A stretch of 64,000 nt of DNA, taken from NCBI GenBank assembly GCA_965240325.2, contig OZ251250.1, positions 682,001-746,000 on the forward strand, written 5' to 3'. Below the pieces are notes generated by a model, which was not told the DNA's origin, ran no database searches, and saw only the letters and a list, made by a program, of their open reading frames with translations. This stretch comes from Rebecca billardiae RCC1528. Its lineage: Eukaryota > Protista > Haptophyta. Shown piece after piece: positions 44,830-57,096 of this stretch (position 1 is the first letter of the stretch; each line of letters begins with the position of its first letter). A program made the position numbers and the translations under genes.

Positions 44830-44968
44830 ATCCTCAACGGCCAGGGCGACGACATCCTCAACGGCAAGGGCGACGACTTCCTCTGCGGCCAGGGCGACGA
44901 CTTCCTCAACGGCAAGGACGACGACTTCCTCAACGGCAAGGGCGACTACTCCCTCAACTCGGCAAGGC
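44830..44968 (+). repeat. 24-bp tandem repeat (~5.5 units) translating to LNGxGDDF
   Basis: TCCTCAACGGC(C/A)AGGGCGACGAC(A/T) units. Confidence 0.85.
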
Positions 44969-45228
44969 CACTAGGCCGCGCACACCGGCCCGGGCGACCA
45001 CACCCACTACCTGCACTACGGCATCAACTTGAACAGCCTCGGTCGACGACGCGGGCAACTACATGATGACCAAGGCCGACGACGACTGCAAAACAGCGGC
45101 ATCCCCGGGCGCCTACTACCTCAGTGACCATGTGCTCAGCATCGGATACGACGACTCCCTCACCCGCGGCCAACGCGCTCCGACATCCTCCATTGAACTC
45201 CATTCAGTACTTCGACAGACGAATCAGG

Positions 45229-46362
45229 CAAGGGCGGTAAGGGCTGTCAACTCCCAGTGGCGGCAGCGCCAGAGGTTGGCTCCCGCTTCGCTGCTGCGCG
45301 GCTTCGCTCCAGCGACTAACTCTCGTGGGCGCCCGCCCTGGGGGGCGAGTGGGGCGCGCACGGCGCGAGCTCCTGCGGCCGTGTACGCGCGCGCGGAGGC
45401 GGCGCGCGCGGCTGGGCAGGTGCTAGGGAGTGCATGTCGCCCTCCCACGCCGCGCGCCTTGCTCGCCGCCGCTGTCGCCGCGCCTCGGGCCAGCGCGCAC
45501 GCGTGCGCCGCCTCCAGAGCCAGCCTCGGGCCCGCGTCAGCTGGCCGCGCGCGTGTGGTGCGCGGTCTGGTCGGCGCGAGTCGGTTGGGGCCATCGGTCG
45601 AGGTTCGCATACTATAGACGCGCGCTCTGCCGCCGCGCGCCGCCGCGCATGGGCCCGGTACCATCCCGTGAAGCTGTTGAAGGAAGCTGATCGATGAATG
45701 CACGACAAGCAGAAATGAGCTCGAACACGCGACAGTGAGCGCCCATGCGCGTGATAGGCGGCCGCATTGGGTGCGTGTACGGCGTCCGATGAGTGCATTG
45801 CCCCGCTCTCCATCGCCTGCGCTCGTCTGTTGTGCTCTTCAGCGTCTCCATGAGCGTCCAAACATGAGCATTTTCGCATTCGTGCTGCAGTTCGTGTCAG
45901 ACCTAAGATGCTTGCGTGTCGACCCATGACAGCCGTGCGCGGCGGCGCGCGGCGGCAGAGCGCGCGTCTATAGTATGAGAACCTCGCCCGATGGCCCCGA
46001 CCGACTCGCGCCGACCAGACCGCGCACCACACGCGCGCGGCCAGCTGACGCGGGCCCGAGGCTGGCTCTGGAGGCGGCGCACGCGTGCGCGCTGGCCCCA
46101 GGCGCGGCAACAGCGGCGGCGAGCAAGGCGCGCGGCGTGGGAGGGCGACATGCACTCCCTAGCACCTGCCCAGCCGCGCGCGCCGCCTCCGCGCGCGCGT
46201 ACACGGCCGCAGGAGCTCGCGCCGTGCGCGCCCCACTCGCCCCCCAGGGCGGGCGCCCACGAGAGTTAGTCGCTGGAGCGAAGCCGCGCAGCAGCGAAGC
46301 GGGAGCCAACCTCTCCGTCTGGCGCTGCCGCCACTGGGAGTTGACAGCCCTTACCGCCCTTG
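45229..46362. mobile_element. Foldback-type non-autonomous element with ~420-bp TIRs (possibly P superfamily)
   Basis: 45229-45649 is the reverse complement of 45936-46362, with a ~285-bp spacer. Termini CAAGGGCGGTAAGGG. Possible 7-bp TSD AATCAGG, with the right copy interrupted. Confidence 0.88.
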
Positions 46363-46480
46363 AATTGTTCAGGAGAGCTGCGCCCTCGTGCCTGTGTCTT
46401 TAAATCATAGAATTAGTCCGGACACGGTGGCGCACTGGATCGGGATTCGGCGGGCCCGATGACACAACATCAGCCCTGCG

Positions 46481-47929
46481 ATGGCGGCCGGCGCCGACGA
46501 TGGCGCGCCCGACTGGCAGGAGTACGTTGCCGAGGCGCTCGACCGCGCGCTGTCGGCGCTCGCGCGCTCGGACGAGCCGGCAGCGCAGCTGGCCGCGTGC
46601 TCCGACCTCCGCGCGGTCGCCGAGCGCGGCATTGCCCGCGCGCACGCCGAGCGCTTTGCGTCGGGCGGCGGCGTCGCGCGGCTCACGCGCCTGCTGCGCT
46701 CGGCCGACCCCGAGCTCGTCGACGCGGCGTCGGAGGCGCTCGCGTGCATCACCTCGGTGTCGCGCTCGTCGGGTCGCCCCCCGCGCGTCCTCCGCTTCGT
46801 CGCCACCCCGCCCGGCGGCCATCCTGCCGCGCCTATTGAGCCAGTACCAATCGAGGTGAGTATTCGCACGCTGGACTCGGGCGAGGCTGGGACGGGCTAC
46901 GACGTGTGGTCGAGCGCGCTCGTGCTGTGCCGCTGGCTGTGCTCGGTGGAGGGCCTCGCGCGAACGCGGCTGCTCGACGCGCCCGCCGTCTCCGTCCTCG
47001 AGCTCGGCGCGGGCGTGGGCTCCGTCGGACTCGTCGCAGCCAAGCTCATCGCCAGCTGCGCCGCGCGGGGCGCCGCCGGCAGCGAGGCTGGCGGCGCGCG
47101 GGGCGCCGGCGGTGACGAGGCTGCACCCCCGTCGGGTGGCACGGGCGGGCGTGGCGGCGCGGCCGTCGCACTGGCGGGTGCGGAGGTCGTGCTCACGGAC
47201 AACCAGCCCGCCGTGCTGCGCGCGCTCGAGCTGGCGATCGCCGGGAACGGCCTCGCCGACGCGTCCACCGCCGGGGGCACGGGCGGCAGCAGGAGCGCCG
47301 ACGCTTCCGTCGCCGCTCCTGCTGCCGCCGCGAACGGCCTCGCAGACGCGTCCACCGCCGCTCCTGCTGCCGCCGCGCGCTCGGCGCACGCGGCGGCGGT
47401 GGCTGCGCGGGCCGCGCCGCCGGCAGGCGCGCCGCCGGCGCGTCGGCTCTCGCCGCGCGTGCGCGTGCGCGCGGCGAGGCTGGATTGGGCGGTCGAGGCA
47501 GGGATGCCTGCGCGCGTGCCCGAGCTGGACCCGAGCGTGATGCCGGGCCAGGCTCGTGGCAGCGCCGCCGAGGAGGCGGCGGCAGGCGGCGCCGAGGCCG
47601 GTGCCGGCGTGCCGACGGTGGACGCGTCCGCGCGCTTTGACGTGGTGCTCGGCTCGGACGTGTGCTATGAGCGCGATCATGCCGAGCTGGTCGCGCGCAC
47701 CGCGGCGCGGCACGTCTCTGCCGGCGGACGCCTCGCCCTCTCGATGACAGTCCGGTCCCTCGAGCTGCGAGCCGGACTCACCGCCGCCCTCGCCGAGCGC
47801 TTTGACGACGTGCGCGTGGAGCAGGCGGAGACGGATGGGCTGGGGATCGTCGAGGGCGGCACGACGATGCACGCCTCGCACTACGTAGGCGGGATCAGCG
47901 TGATCACCGCCACCGGACGCGGCGACTAG
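46481..47929 (+). CDS. Protein-lysine methyltransferase (Methyltransf_16 / METTL21-like) with N-terminal ARM-like region
   Basis: TGYDVWSSALVLCRWL, VLELGAGVGSVGL, VVLTD, RLDW, FDVVLGSDVCYE. Confidence 0.88.
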   Translation: MAAGADDGAPDWQEYVAEALDRALSALARSDEPAAQLAACSDLRAVAERGIARAHAERFASGGGVARLTRLLRSADPELVDAASEALACITSVSRSSGRPPRVLRFVATPPGGHPAAPIEPVPIEVSIRTLDSGEAGTGYDVWSSALVLCRWLCSVEGLARTRLLDAPAVSVLELGAGVGSVGLVAAKLIASCAARGAAGSEAGGARGAGGDEAAPPSGGTGGRGGAAVALAGAEVVLTDNQPAVLRALELAIAGNGLADASTAGGTGGSRSADASVAAPAAAANGLADASTAAPAAAARSAHAAAVAARAAPPAGAPPARRLSPRVRVRAARLDWAVEAGMPARVPELDPSVMPGQARGSAAEEAAAGGAEAGAGVPTVDASARFDVVLGSDVCYERDHAELVARTAARHVSAGGRLALSMTVRSLELRAGLTAALAERFDDVRVEQAETDGLGIVEGGTTMHASHYVGGISVITATGRGD

Positions 47930-48281
47930 CGCGCGCCTCGGCCTGGTGACTCACTAGTCACTGCCCGCCGGTCGTGGTATGATCGATGTTACGCTACGGC
48001 TGCTCGACTCAGACGGCAGACTGGCCGTCTTGATCTAGTTGCTGAGCATTGATCAGTCGACCGTGCAGCACTGCTGACTGAGTCAAGTGCTAGCTCTATT
48101 ACTGCTAGTTGCAGGCGCAGGCACCGGATGAGCGGATGAGCTCCCGGACCAAGGCCCTTGCCCGGACGCGCGACTTTCACTTGAGCCCCGTCGTTTCCGC
48201 GAAGCCGCCGGTCGCGGCGCGAGCGCGGCGGGCTGGAACCCTCCTGGACGCGTCACGCACCGCCCGCGCGACGACGACGCG

Positions 48282-49361
48282 ATGACATCAATAATGACCC
48301 GCACCGCGCTCATCGCCATGTTGGCCTCGCCCGTCGCGGAGGGCGCGAAGCACACGGGCTTCCTCACCGACATCCTCTGCTGGGACCTCGTCGACGCCAT
48401 CGACGGCGCCAACATGCAGACCGGCCCGGAGGAGCACACGGTGCACTGCATGCGCGACATCCAGGAGTGCATCGACTCGGGCTTCGGCGTGCTCGAGGGC
48501 CCGGGCAGCAACGGGCGGTACTCGCTCAAGTATCGCTTCGACGCCGCGGGCAACGCCAACGCGCTCCAGCTGCTCAAGACCACGCGCAAGCGAGCCAACT
48601 TTGTCGTGACCGTTGAGGGCGAGGCCGACGGCGACGTGCTGAAGGGAGCCACCGTCTCCGAGCCGACCGAGGCGGACGACGCGGCAGTCGTCGTGCCGCT
48701 CGAGGTACGGCCGGGCCCGGCGGTGCTGTACGTGCACCTCGTCTGCATGATCCTCGCGTGGGGCCTCCTGCTGCCCTGGGGCGCCGCGCTCGCCGCGCGC
48801 GGCCGCGAGCACGGCTCGCGAGGCTCGTGGTTCGCAGCGCACTGGAAGCTGCAGGCTGGCGGCGTCGTGCTGATGCTCGGCGGGTTCGCCGCGGCCGTGG
48901 TGTTCGCGGAGGGCCACACGGCGCACTTCAAGTCACCGCACGCGCAGCTCGGCCTCGCGGTCGTCGTGCTCGGCTGCGTGCAGGCCCTGATGGGCGCCCT
49001 CAGGCCGCATGCGCCCGCCTCGGCAGAGGAGCAGCGCAGTGCGGAGCGGGCGCTCTTCGAGGGCGCGCACAAGAACGGCGGGCGGCTGGCGGTGGTACTG
49101 GGCATCGCCACCATCGGCGTGGGCATCGCGCAGGCGAAAAGTCTCAACTACGACATGACCGTTGTCGGCGTGGCCGCCGGGCTGTCCGGTGTGTGCGTTC
49201 TCCCCGTGGGTCTCTACTACGTGCTGAGCGTGTGCGGCCTGCCGATCGACGGCGGCGTGGCCGCCCTCTGCTACGGCGTGCTGGGGGCTGGGGCTGGGAG
49301 CGCCTCGGAGGGCGGCGCAGACGCCCGCGTGCCGAAGGAGCCGGCGCCGACAACGGCGTGA
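48282..49361 (+). CDS. Cytochrome b561 domain membrane protein with secreted Cys/His-containing N-terminal domain
   Basis: Four heme-ligand His in VHLVCMILAWG, WFAAHWKLQ, SPHAQLGL, GAHKNGGR. Signal peptide; N-domain DILCWD..HTVHC..ECIDSGF. Confidence 0.85.
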   Translation: MTSIMTRTALIAMLASPVAEGAKHTGFLTDILCWDLVDAIDGANMQTGPEEHTVHCMRDIQECIDSGFGVLEGPGSNGRYSLKYRFDAAGNANALQLLKTTRKRANFVVTVEGEADGDVLKGATVSEPTEADDAAVVVPLEVRPGPAVLYVHLVCMILAWGLLLPWGAALAARGREHGSRGSWFAAHWKLQAGGVVLMLGGFAAAVVFAEGHTAHFKSPHAQLGLAVVVLGCVQALMGALRPHAPASAEEQRSAERALFEGAHKNGGRLAVVLGIATIGVGIAQAKSLNYDMTVVGVAAGLSGVCVLPVGLYYVLSVCGLPIDGGVAALCYGVLGAGAGSASEGGADARVPKEPAPTTA

Positions 49362-49618
49362 CGCCACTCAATAGTAGTGCTAATCCGGATTCCGGACAGT
49401 GCGCTGCCGCTAGGCTTAGGATACTAAGAAACCGAGGCTAGCCGTGCTGAGATCTCTGAGTCTGACCGTTCTTATATTGCCCGCGACGATTGCCTGCATG
49501 TACGACGAGTTTCGTCCTGCGACGACCGAGTAGCAGTAAATACATATTATTTAGCGCGGCGGCGGTAGTAGCCAGAGGGGCGCTCACTACTACCGTATAC
49601 GTACCTAATATATAATGC

Positions 49619-51025
49619 TCAAGCCACCGGCCGGCTTGCTGGCTTATCATCGTCGCCGTCCGAGATGTGGCGGGCCGGTCGTCGTCTTCGCGGCCGGTCT
49701 TCGCGCGTCTTAAGCGGGTGCCACTGGCCGTCCACCGCCGCGTCGCAGCGGCTCATGAAGCTCTTCTTGCCGCCCGTCGCGGCCTTCCACCGCGCGCACT
49801 TGTGCGGCGCGCGCACCGTCAGCTGCACGTACTCGCGAGCCGCTGGCGAGGCGCCCAGCCGGTGGATGGAGTTTGCGTCGAGCAGCCAGCCGCCGCCGCG
49901 CTTGCCGGCCAGCTGCACCACGTCGAAGTGCTCGCGCACCCACGCGTCGCTGTACCGCGTGTCGTACGCGGAGAGGCTGCTGAAGTACACGTGGCGGTGG
50001 CTCCGGCGCGCCACGTCGAGCGTGCGCCCCCGGGGCGCGGGCGGCACGTCGTGCAGCAGCACAAAGAGCCGGAGCAGCGTGCCCGACATGTCGTGGTGCC
50101 AGACCGACGCGGGCGAGTGGTCGGGCGTGACCGCGACGGGGTGCACGCGCCGCGCCGAGAACTCCAGGTGCGCAGGCCGCACGAGCTCCAGCCCAAGCGG
50201 CTCGAGGTACGCGGAGACGGCGCGCGCGATGCCCGGCCTCTCGAGCGCGGGCGCCAGCAGCGCGCGCGCCCCTGGCACCGGGGTGATCACGTAGGCCGAG
50301 TTCGTCGTGACCGCAGTCGCGCTGTCGAGCGCCGTCCGGACGAGCGAAGCGAGCGCGTCGACGTCCAGGCCCTCGAAGCGCTCGATCTGTGCGAACCCGT
50401 CGCGCGCCAGGTCGGTGTACAGCGCGCGCGCTGACGCGTCGCCGCCCAGCCTGCGCTCGAGCACGTCGGGCGGCGGCGCGTGCCATGCCGGGAGGTCCAG
50501 CTGCACGTGCGCGCGCGTGAGCACGTGGCTTGCGCCGGCCGAGTCGAAGAAGTTCGAGAAGTGGGCCCTGCCACCCGTCGGCACGGCTGGCGGCCGCGCG
50601 AAGCTGGGGAAGTAGGCGCTGAGCACGGCCTGCATCTCGGCCGTGCTTGCGTTCCGAGCGAGGTTTGCGCATGCCGGGTGCTCGAGACACGGCAACAGGT
50701 TGACGCCGAGGCCGTGGATCTGAGCGCCGGCACGGAAGAGCTTTGCCGCTGTCGGCAGGAGCGGGGCCACCTTGCGCGAGCACAGGCGCGCCCTTCGCTC
50801 CGCGTGAACGTGCGCGAGCGTGGCGGAGATGTTGAGCCCGCAAAAGTCGTCGGCCAGGTAGCCGTTGGGCTCACCGAAGGGGTCCGGGGCGAGGAGCGAC
50901 GGGTCCACGGGCGAGCTCGGAGGGGCGCCTTCTGCACGGCACTGCAACGGCCCGACGCGCGCGTGGAGCGTCAGGCCCTGAGCGCAGAGCCCCAGGAGCA
51001 CGACGAGCACGCGGGCGCGGAGCAT
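49619..51025 (-). CDS. Secreted PhyH-like 2OG-Fe(II) dioxygenase
   Basis: DLARDGFA, WHHD (HxD), LFVLLHDV, DANSIHR (distal His); signal peptide MLRARVLVVLLGLCAQG. Confidence 0.7.
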   Translation of the reverse strand: MLRARVLVVLLGLCAQGLTLHARVGPLQCRAEGAPPSSPVDPSLLAPDPFGEPNGYLADDFCGLNISATLAHVHAERRARLCSRKVAPLLPTAAKLFRAGAQIHGLGVNLLPCLEHPACANLARNASTAEMQAVLSAYFPSFARPPAVPTGGRAHFSNFFDSAGASHVLTRAHVQLDLPAWHAPPPDVLERRLGGDASARALYTDLARDGFAQIERFEGLDVDALASLVRTALDSATAVTTNSAYVITPVPGARALLAPALERPGIARAVSAYLEPLGLELVRPAHLEFSARRVHPVAVTPDHSPASVWHHDMSGTLLRLFVLLHDVPPAPRGRTLDVARRSHRHVYFSSLSAYDTRYSDAWVREHFDVVQLAGKRGGGWLLDANSIHRLGASPAAREYVQLTVRAPHKCARWKAATGGKKSFMSRCDAAVDGQWHPLKTREDRPRRRRPARHISDGDDDKPASRPVA

Positions 51026-51135
51026 GCCAGCTGCGGCGTCTGGAAACCCAACGGCAAGGAAGAAGCGGAAAGTAAAGTACTGTGGTAGTAGTTTCAAAGA
51101 TACAATACTGTACGGTCAAGGGCTTGGTACGGTAC

Positions 51136-51224
51136 TGCCTGAGCTGTGTGCGTCTCTTATTCTTAGTAAACTGTAATCTCGCCTGCCTGAGCTGTGTGCG
51201 TCTCTTATTCTTATAGTAAACTGT
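51136..51224 (+). repeat. Two head-to-tail copies of the dispersed ~50-bp repeat
   Basis: TGCCTGAGCTGTGTGCGTCTCTTATTCTTAGTAAACTGT immediately followed by AATCTCGCCTGCCTGAGC...TAGTAAACTGT. Confidence 0.92.
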
Positions 51225-51447
51225 ACGACTATAGCTATACTTTACTGGAAACGGAGACAGTCACAGGCGCTACGTACACAGTTGCCAACGACATGAACAG
51301 TGCCGTGGTCCCTGACTCTTGAGGACGATACGATGTAGATACGTACGCGCGACAAATTCTGACGTGCCGAAAGACTGACCGGTGCCGCGAAACTGACGTG
51401 CTCGGTGACAATGATGCCACAAGCCACGACGTCTGAGCCTCAGGCTG

Positions 51448-53304
51448 CTAGTGCCCGCGCTGCAGCGGTGGCAGCTGCGCGATGCGCGTGGGCGTCTTCA
51501 CGTCGGACGCGCCCTCGGGGTCCGCCTGCATGATTACGAAGCTCTTGCCGAGGCCCAGATCGCCTCCCTGCGCGCCGCTCGCGTACACGCCGCCGCCCGC
51601 AGACACGAAGAGCGCATGGCTGCTGCCCAGCGCACAGTCCATCACGCGCTCGTCCGCGAGGGCAGTCATGCGCGCGGGTAGCGTGAAGTCGTGATAAGCG
51701 CCGGAGTCGAGCCCAAACCACTGCACAGCGCAGGGGCGATTGTCGCCCCACGCGTGCACGCTGCCGTCAGCACCCATCACCGCACTTGCAGAGTCAGCTG
51801 CGCAGGCACGCGTGGCGTGCACACCCACCAACGCCTCGATGCGCCTAGGCGTGCGCGCGCCTAGCGGGTCCCCGTGGCCAAGCTGGCCTTTGAACCCGTC
51901 CCCGAACGAGTGCACACGGCCGGCCGCGTCCACCACCAGGCTGTGCCCGAAGCCCGCGCTCACGTGCACAGCGCGCACGCCCACGAGCGCCTCGATGCGC
52001 CTCGGCGTGTGCTGATCCTGCTGGTCACCGTGGCCAAGCTGGCCCTTGCTGCTGGAGCCGCACGAGTAGACGGCGCCGTGTGCAGATAGAAGCAGCATGT
52101 GATCGAAGCCCACGGCCACGCCGCCCACGGGCACGCCGTCCAGCGCCTCGATGCGCGTCGGCTCCGACCGCTCCTCCGTGTCGCCGTGGCCGAGCTGGCC
52201 GTGATCATTGGCGCCCCAGCTGTACGCACGGCCCGAAGCGGTGAGCGCCACGCTGTGAAAAGAACCAGCCGCGATGCATACAACTTGCTCTCCCGCCAGC
52301 GCCTCAACGCGCGTGAACGTCCAGCGATAATCGTCATCGCCCAGCCCCAGCTGGCCGCGCGCGTTGTCGCCACATGCGTACACGGCACCGCTGCCGCTGA
52401 GCGCGAGCAGGTGACGATGGCCAGCTGCCACCGCGGCAACGCGCACCGCTGAGAGCGAAGGCACGCGTTTTGGCACGAGCACGGGCGGCGCATCGTCCTC
52501 CCTCCCGTGGCCAGTGGCGGGAGGCGCGTGGGAAGAGGTCACCATCTCACCCGCCTGATTCTGGTGCACGTCGAACTCCTCACCGCACGTGTGCAGCCCG
52601 CCCTCCACGTCCACAAACGCGCTGAACTCCTCGCTGGACGCGAGGATGGCCACGTGGTCACGCGCGCACGCGCGCACGCGCTCACGCTCGAGCATCACGC
52701 GTGTGAACGTCGGCGGCAGCGTCGGCAGCAACCGCTCGTGCCCGCGCGCACGCGCTCGCTCGCGCAGCGCGTGCTCGACGGGCGAGCGCCCGCCGGGCGC
52801 GCCACGGAAGAGGCGCGCGGCGGCGTTGGCGGCGGCGAGGTCGTCGGCGCTGTCGAGGAGCGACAGTAAACGCACGAGCAGCTCGAACGGCAGCGCGGAC
52901 AGCGTAGGCGCCGATGCCTCCAGCGCGGCTGCGCTGCCGCGTTGCGCCCCGTCCAGCCCTCCGCCTGTGTACGGCGCCGGCGTGGCGTGGCCTCTGCCCT
53001 CTGCGACGACGACGTGACGCGATGCTTCGAGCCGGCGAAGGGCACGGAACGGCGTCGATGCCCACGCCGCGGGCGTGACACGCCCGCAGCCCACGCGGCC
53101 GCACCGCACGGCGCAGCACTCGGACGCGAGCGCGCGCTCGAAGAGGCACACGTTGTGCGCGACGTGCTCCGCGCCGCACGCGAGCCGCGCCCACGGCTGC
53201 GAGCCGATCTGATCGCCGCACAGGACGCACGCTGCATCACTTAGAGTCGCCATGGGATCGATCGGCGTCTCGACAGCGCGTGCGAGCGGTGCTGTGCGCT
53301 CCAT
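51448..53304 (-). CDS. RING-like + F-box-like + RCC1-repeat protein
   Basis: CVLC..LACG..HVAHNVC..CAVRC, LSALPFELLVRLLSLL, and several VYxxGxNxxGQLGxG RCC1 repeats. Confidence 0.85.
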   Translation of the reverse strand: MERTAPLARAVETPIDPMATLSDAACVLCGDQIGSQPWARLACGAEHVAHNVCLFERALASECCAVRCGRVGCGRVTPAAWASTPFRALRRLEASRHVVVAEGRGHATPAPYTGGGLDGAQRGSAAALEASAPTLSALPFELLVRLLSLLDSADDLAAANAAARLFRGAPGGRSPVEHALRERARARGHERLLPTLPPTFTRVMLERERVRACARDHVAILASSEEFSAFVDVEGGLHTCGEEFDVHQNQAGEMVTSSHAPPATGHGREDDAPPVLVPKRVPSLSAVRVAAVAAGHRHLLALSGSGAVYACGDNARGQLGLGDDDYRWTFTRVEALAGEQVVCIAAGSFHSVALTASGRAYSWGANDHGQLGHGDTEERSEPTRIEALDGVPVGGVAVGFDHMLLLSAHGAVYSCGSSSKGQLGHGDQQDQHTPRRIEALVGVRAVHVSAGFGHSLVVDAAGRVHSFGDGFKGQLGHGDPLGARTPRRIEALVGVHATRACAADSASAVMGADGSVHAWGDNRPCAVQWFGLDSGAYHDFTLPARMTALADERVMDCALGSSHALFVSAGGGVYASGAQGGDLGLGKSFVIMQADPEGASDVKTPTRIAQLPPLQRGH

Positions 53305-53465
53305 GCGAGCGCGAACGTCGAGATCGTCAGCTTCACGCGAGGCCCGCGAGCGTCGTGACTCTGTCCGAGGAGTGATTGCGCTCAGGTTCGCCGTACCCGT
53401 ACGGGCGCACCTTGCCGACCGGCCGATGACGGTTGGCCATCATACTGTAGTGCTCACCACTTGAG

Positions 53466-54791
53466 ATGGGTCGCCATGGACGCGGGCTGCTGGCCGCCGC
53501 GCTCGCCCTCATCCCGGCCGCGGTCGTCGTCGCTCGGCGGCGGCGTGCGCGCCTGCTCGCCGCGGAGGCGGCCGCCGCAGCGGTGGGCGCGCGCCGCGTC
53601 GACCTGTCTGCGCAGGAACGCCGGGACGCGGCGCTGCTCAAGCCGATCTCGACGCTCAACCTGTACGACGGCGCGCTGCGCGACGAGCAGCTCGCCTTCC
53701 TCCGCGAGCGCATCGCCGAGGTCGCGCGCGCGAACCCGTGGCTCGTCGGTACGCTCGCGCCTTCCGTCGTCGACCCGTCGGCCATTGCCCTGTACGTGCC
53801 CGACGGCGCGGCCGACGAGGGTGCGGACGTGAGCGCGCTGCTGACCGTCGCCGACGAGCCAGCGCTCGCGCGCGGGCTCGGCTTGGTTGAGCTCAGTGCG
53901 CTCGCCGCCGCGCGCGCGCTGGGCGCGGCGGACCCTTCGAAGCGCGAGGGCCGCACGCGCGGGCGCGTCTTCCAGGTGGCGGCGCTCCGCGGCACGCGCT
54001 GCGCGGGGCTCGTCGTCTCGCTCAGCCACTCGGTGGCAGACGGGCACACGTTCTACCGGCTGTACCGCATGCTCGGCGGGGTCGAGCCCGTCGTCGCGCT
54101 GCGCCGCGGCGGCGGGCCGTACCCGCCGATGCCGGGGCACGAGCGCGTGCAGTGGGTGCGCCGCGGCCCGCTGCTCAACTTCCTCTACCACCTCGCGATG
54201 GCGCCGGGCGTGGACGTGGGTGTGCTCGAGATTGACCGGGACGCCGCGAGAGCGATGGCGCGCGCGCGCGCGCGCACGGCGGAGGTGCCCTATGTCTCGT
54301 CCCTCGACGTGATCGCGAGCGCGCTCTTCACCACGCTGGGCAAGCCCATCGGCAGCTACCAAGTCGACCCGCGCGGCAAGTTCGGCGGCGCGGGCCCCTC
54401 GGCGGACGAGGCTGGCTTCTTTGCGGCCCCCTTCACGCTGCTGGCTGACGAGTTTTGCTCGCCGGAGGGCGTGCGCCGGCCGCTGCTCGACGGGCGGCTG
54501 CCGATGCGGCCCGAGCTACCGGGGCTGCCTCGCTCGATCGCATGGGGCCTCTCGATCCTCTCGTCGTGGGAGTTTGGCCCCGTCGAGCTGCGGCTGCCGG
54601 GCCTGGCGCAGGCGGTGCACGCGCCGTGCATCCCGCTGCGCCCGCCGCCGCCGGCGGTCGTCGTCATCTTCACACCGCGCGACGGCGCGACGGCCATGTT
54701 CGGGACCGCTCCCGACGAGGCGACGGCCGCGAGGATCCGGGCGCTGCCGTTCGTCAAGGGCCAGCTTGAAGCGTGGCCGCAGCATGGTTGA
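53466..54791 (+). CDS. CoA-dependent acyltransferase (HxxxD, BAHD/condensation-like) with N-terminal membrane anchor
   Basis: VSLSHSVADGHTFY, ANPWLVG, SSWEFG (DFGWG-like position). Confidence 0.72.
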   Translation: MGRHGRGLLAAALALIPAAVVVARRRRARLLAAEAAAAAVGARRVDLSAQERRDAALLKPISTLNLYDGALRDEQLAFLRERIAEVARANPWLVGTLAPSVVDPSAIALYVPDGAADEGADVSALLTVADEPALARGLGLVELSALAAARALGAADPSKREGRTRGRVFQVAALRGTRCAGLVVSLSHSVADGHTFYRLYRMLGGVEPVVALRRGGGPYPPMPGHERVQWVRRGPLLNFLYHLAMAPGVDVGVLEIDRDAARAMARARARTAEVPYVSSLDVIASALFTTLGKPIGSYQVDPRGKFGGAGPSADEAGFFAAPFTLLADEFCSPEGVRRPLLDGRLPMRPELPGLPRSIAWGLSILSSWEFGPVELRLPGLAQAVHAPCIPLRPPPPAVVVIFTPRDGATAMFGTAPDEATAARIRALPFVKGQLEAWPQHG

Positions 54792-54978
54792 CGTTCGCGA
54801 GTGGCCGCGTAGGACGGTGATGGCGTGAACCGCTGAGTATTCGCGCGACTGTCGTCTATACCTATATATTTTATTTGTGCTCAGCATGATGCATCAACAA
54901 TGAACGCTATGCTGCGTGTGACGAACGCGTCATCATCAAATGAACGCGTCGCAAATGAATATAATATTATATATATAT

Positions 54979-57064
<2,086 letters not shown>

Positions 57065-57096
57065 GAAGTGACGCAGCAGCAGTGGGGCCCCCTGTA

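Noticed and set aside
52690-53240. RING/F-box segment as an intron
   Set aside because: The nearest GT...AG pair shifts frame into a stop, and the segment encodes plausible domains.
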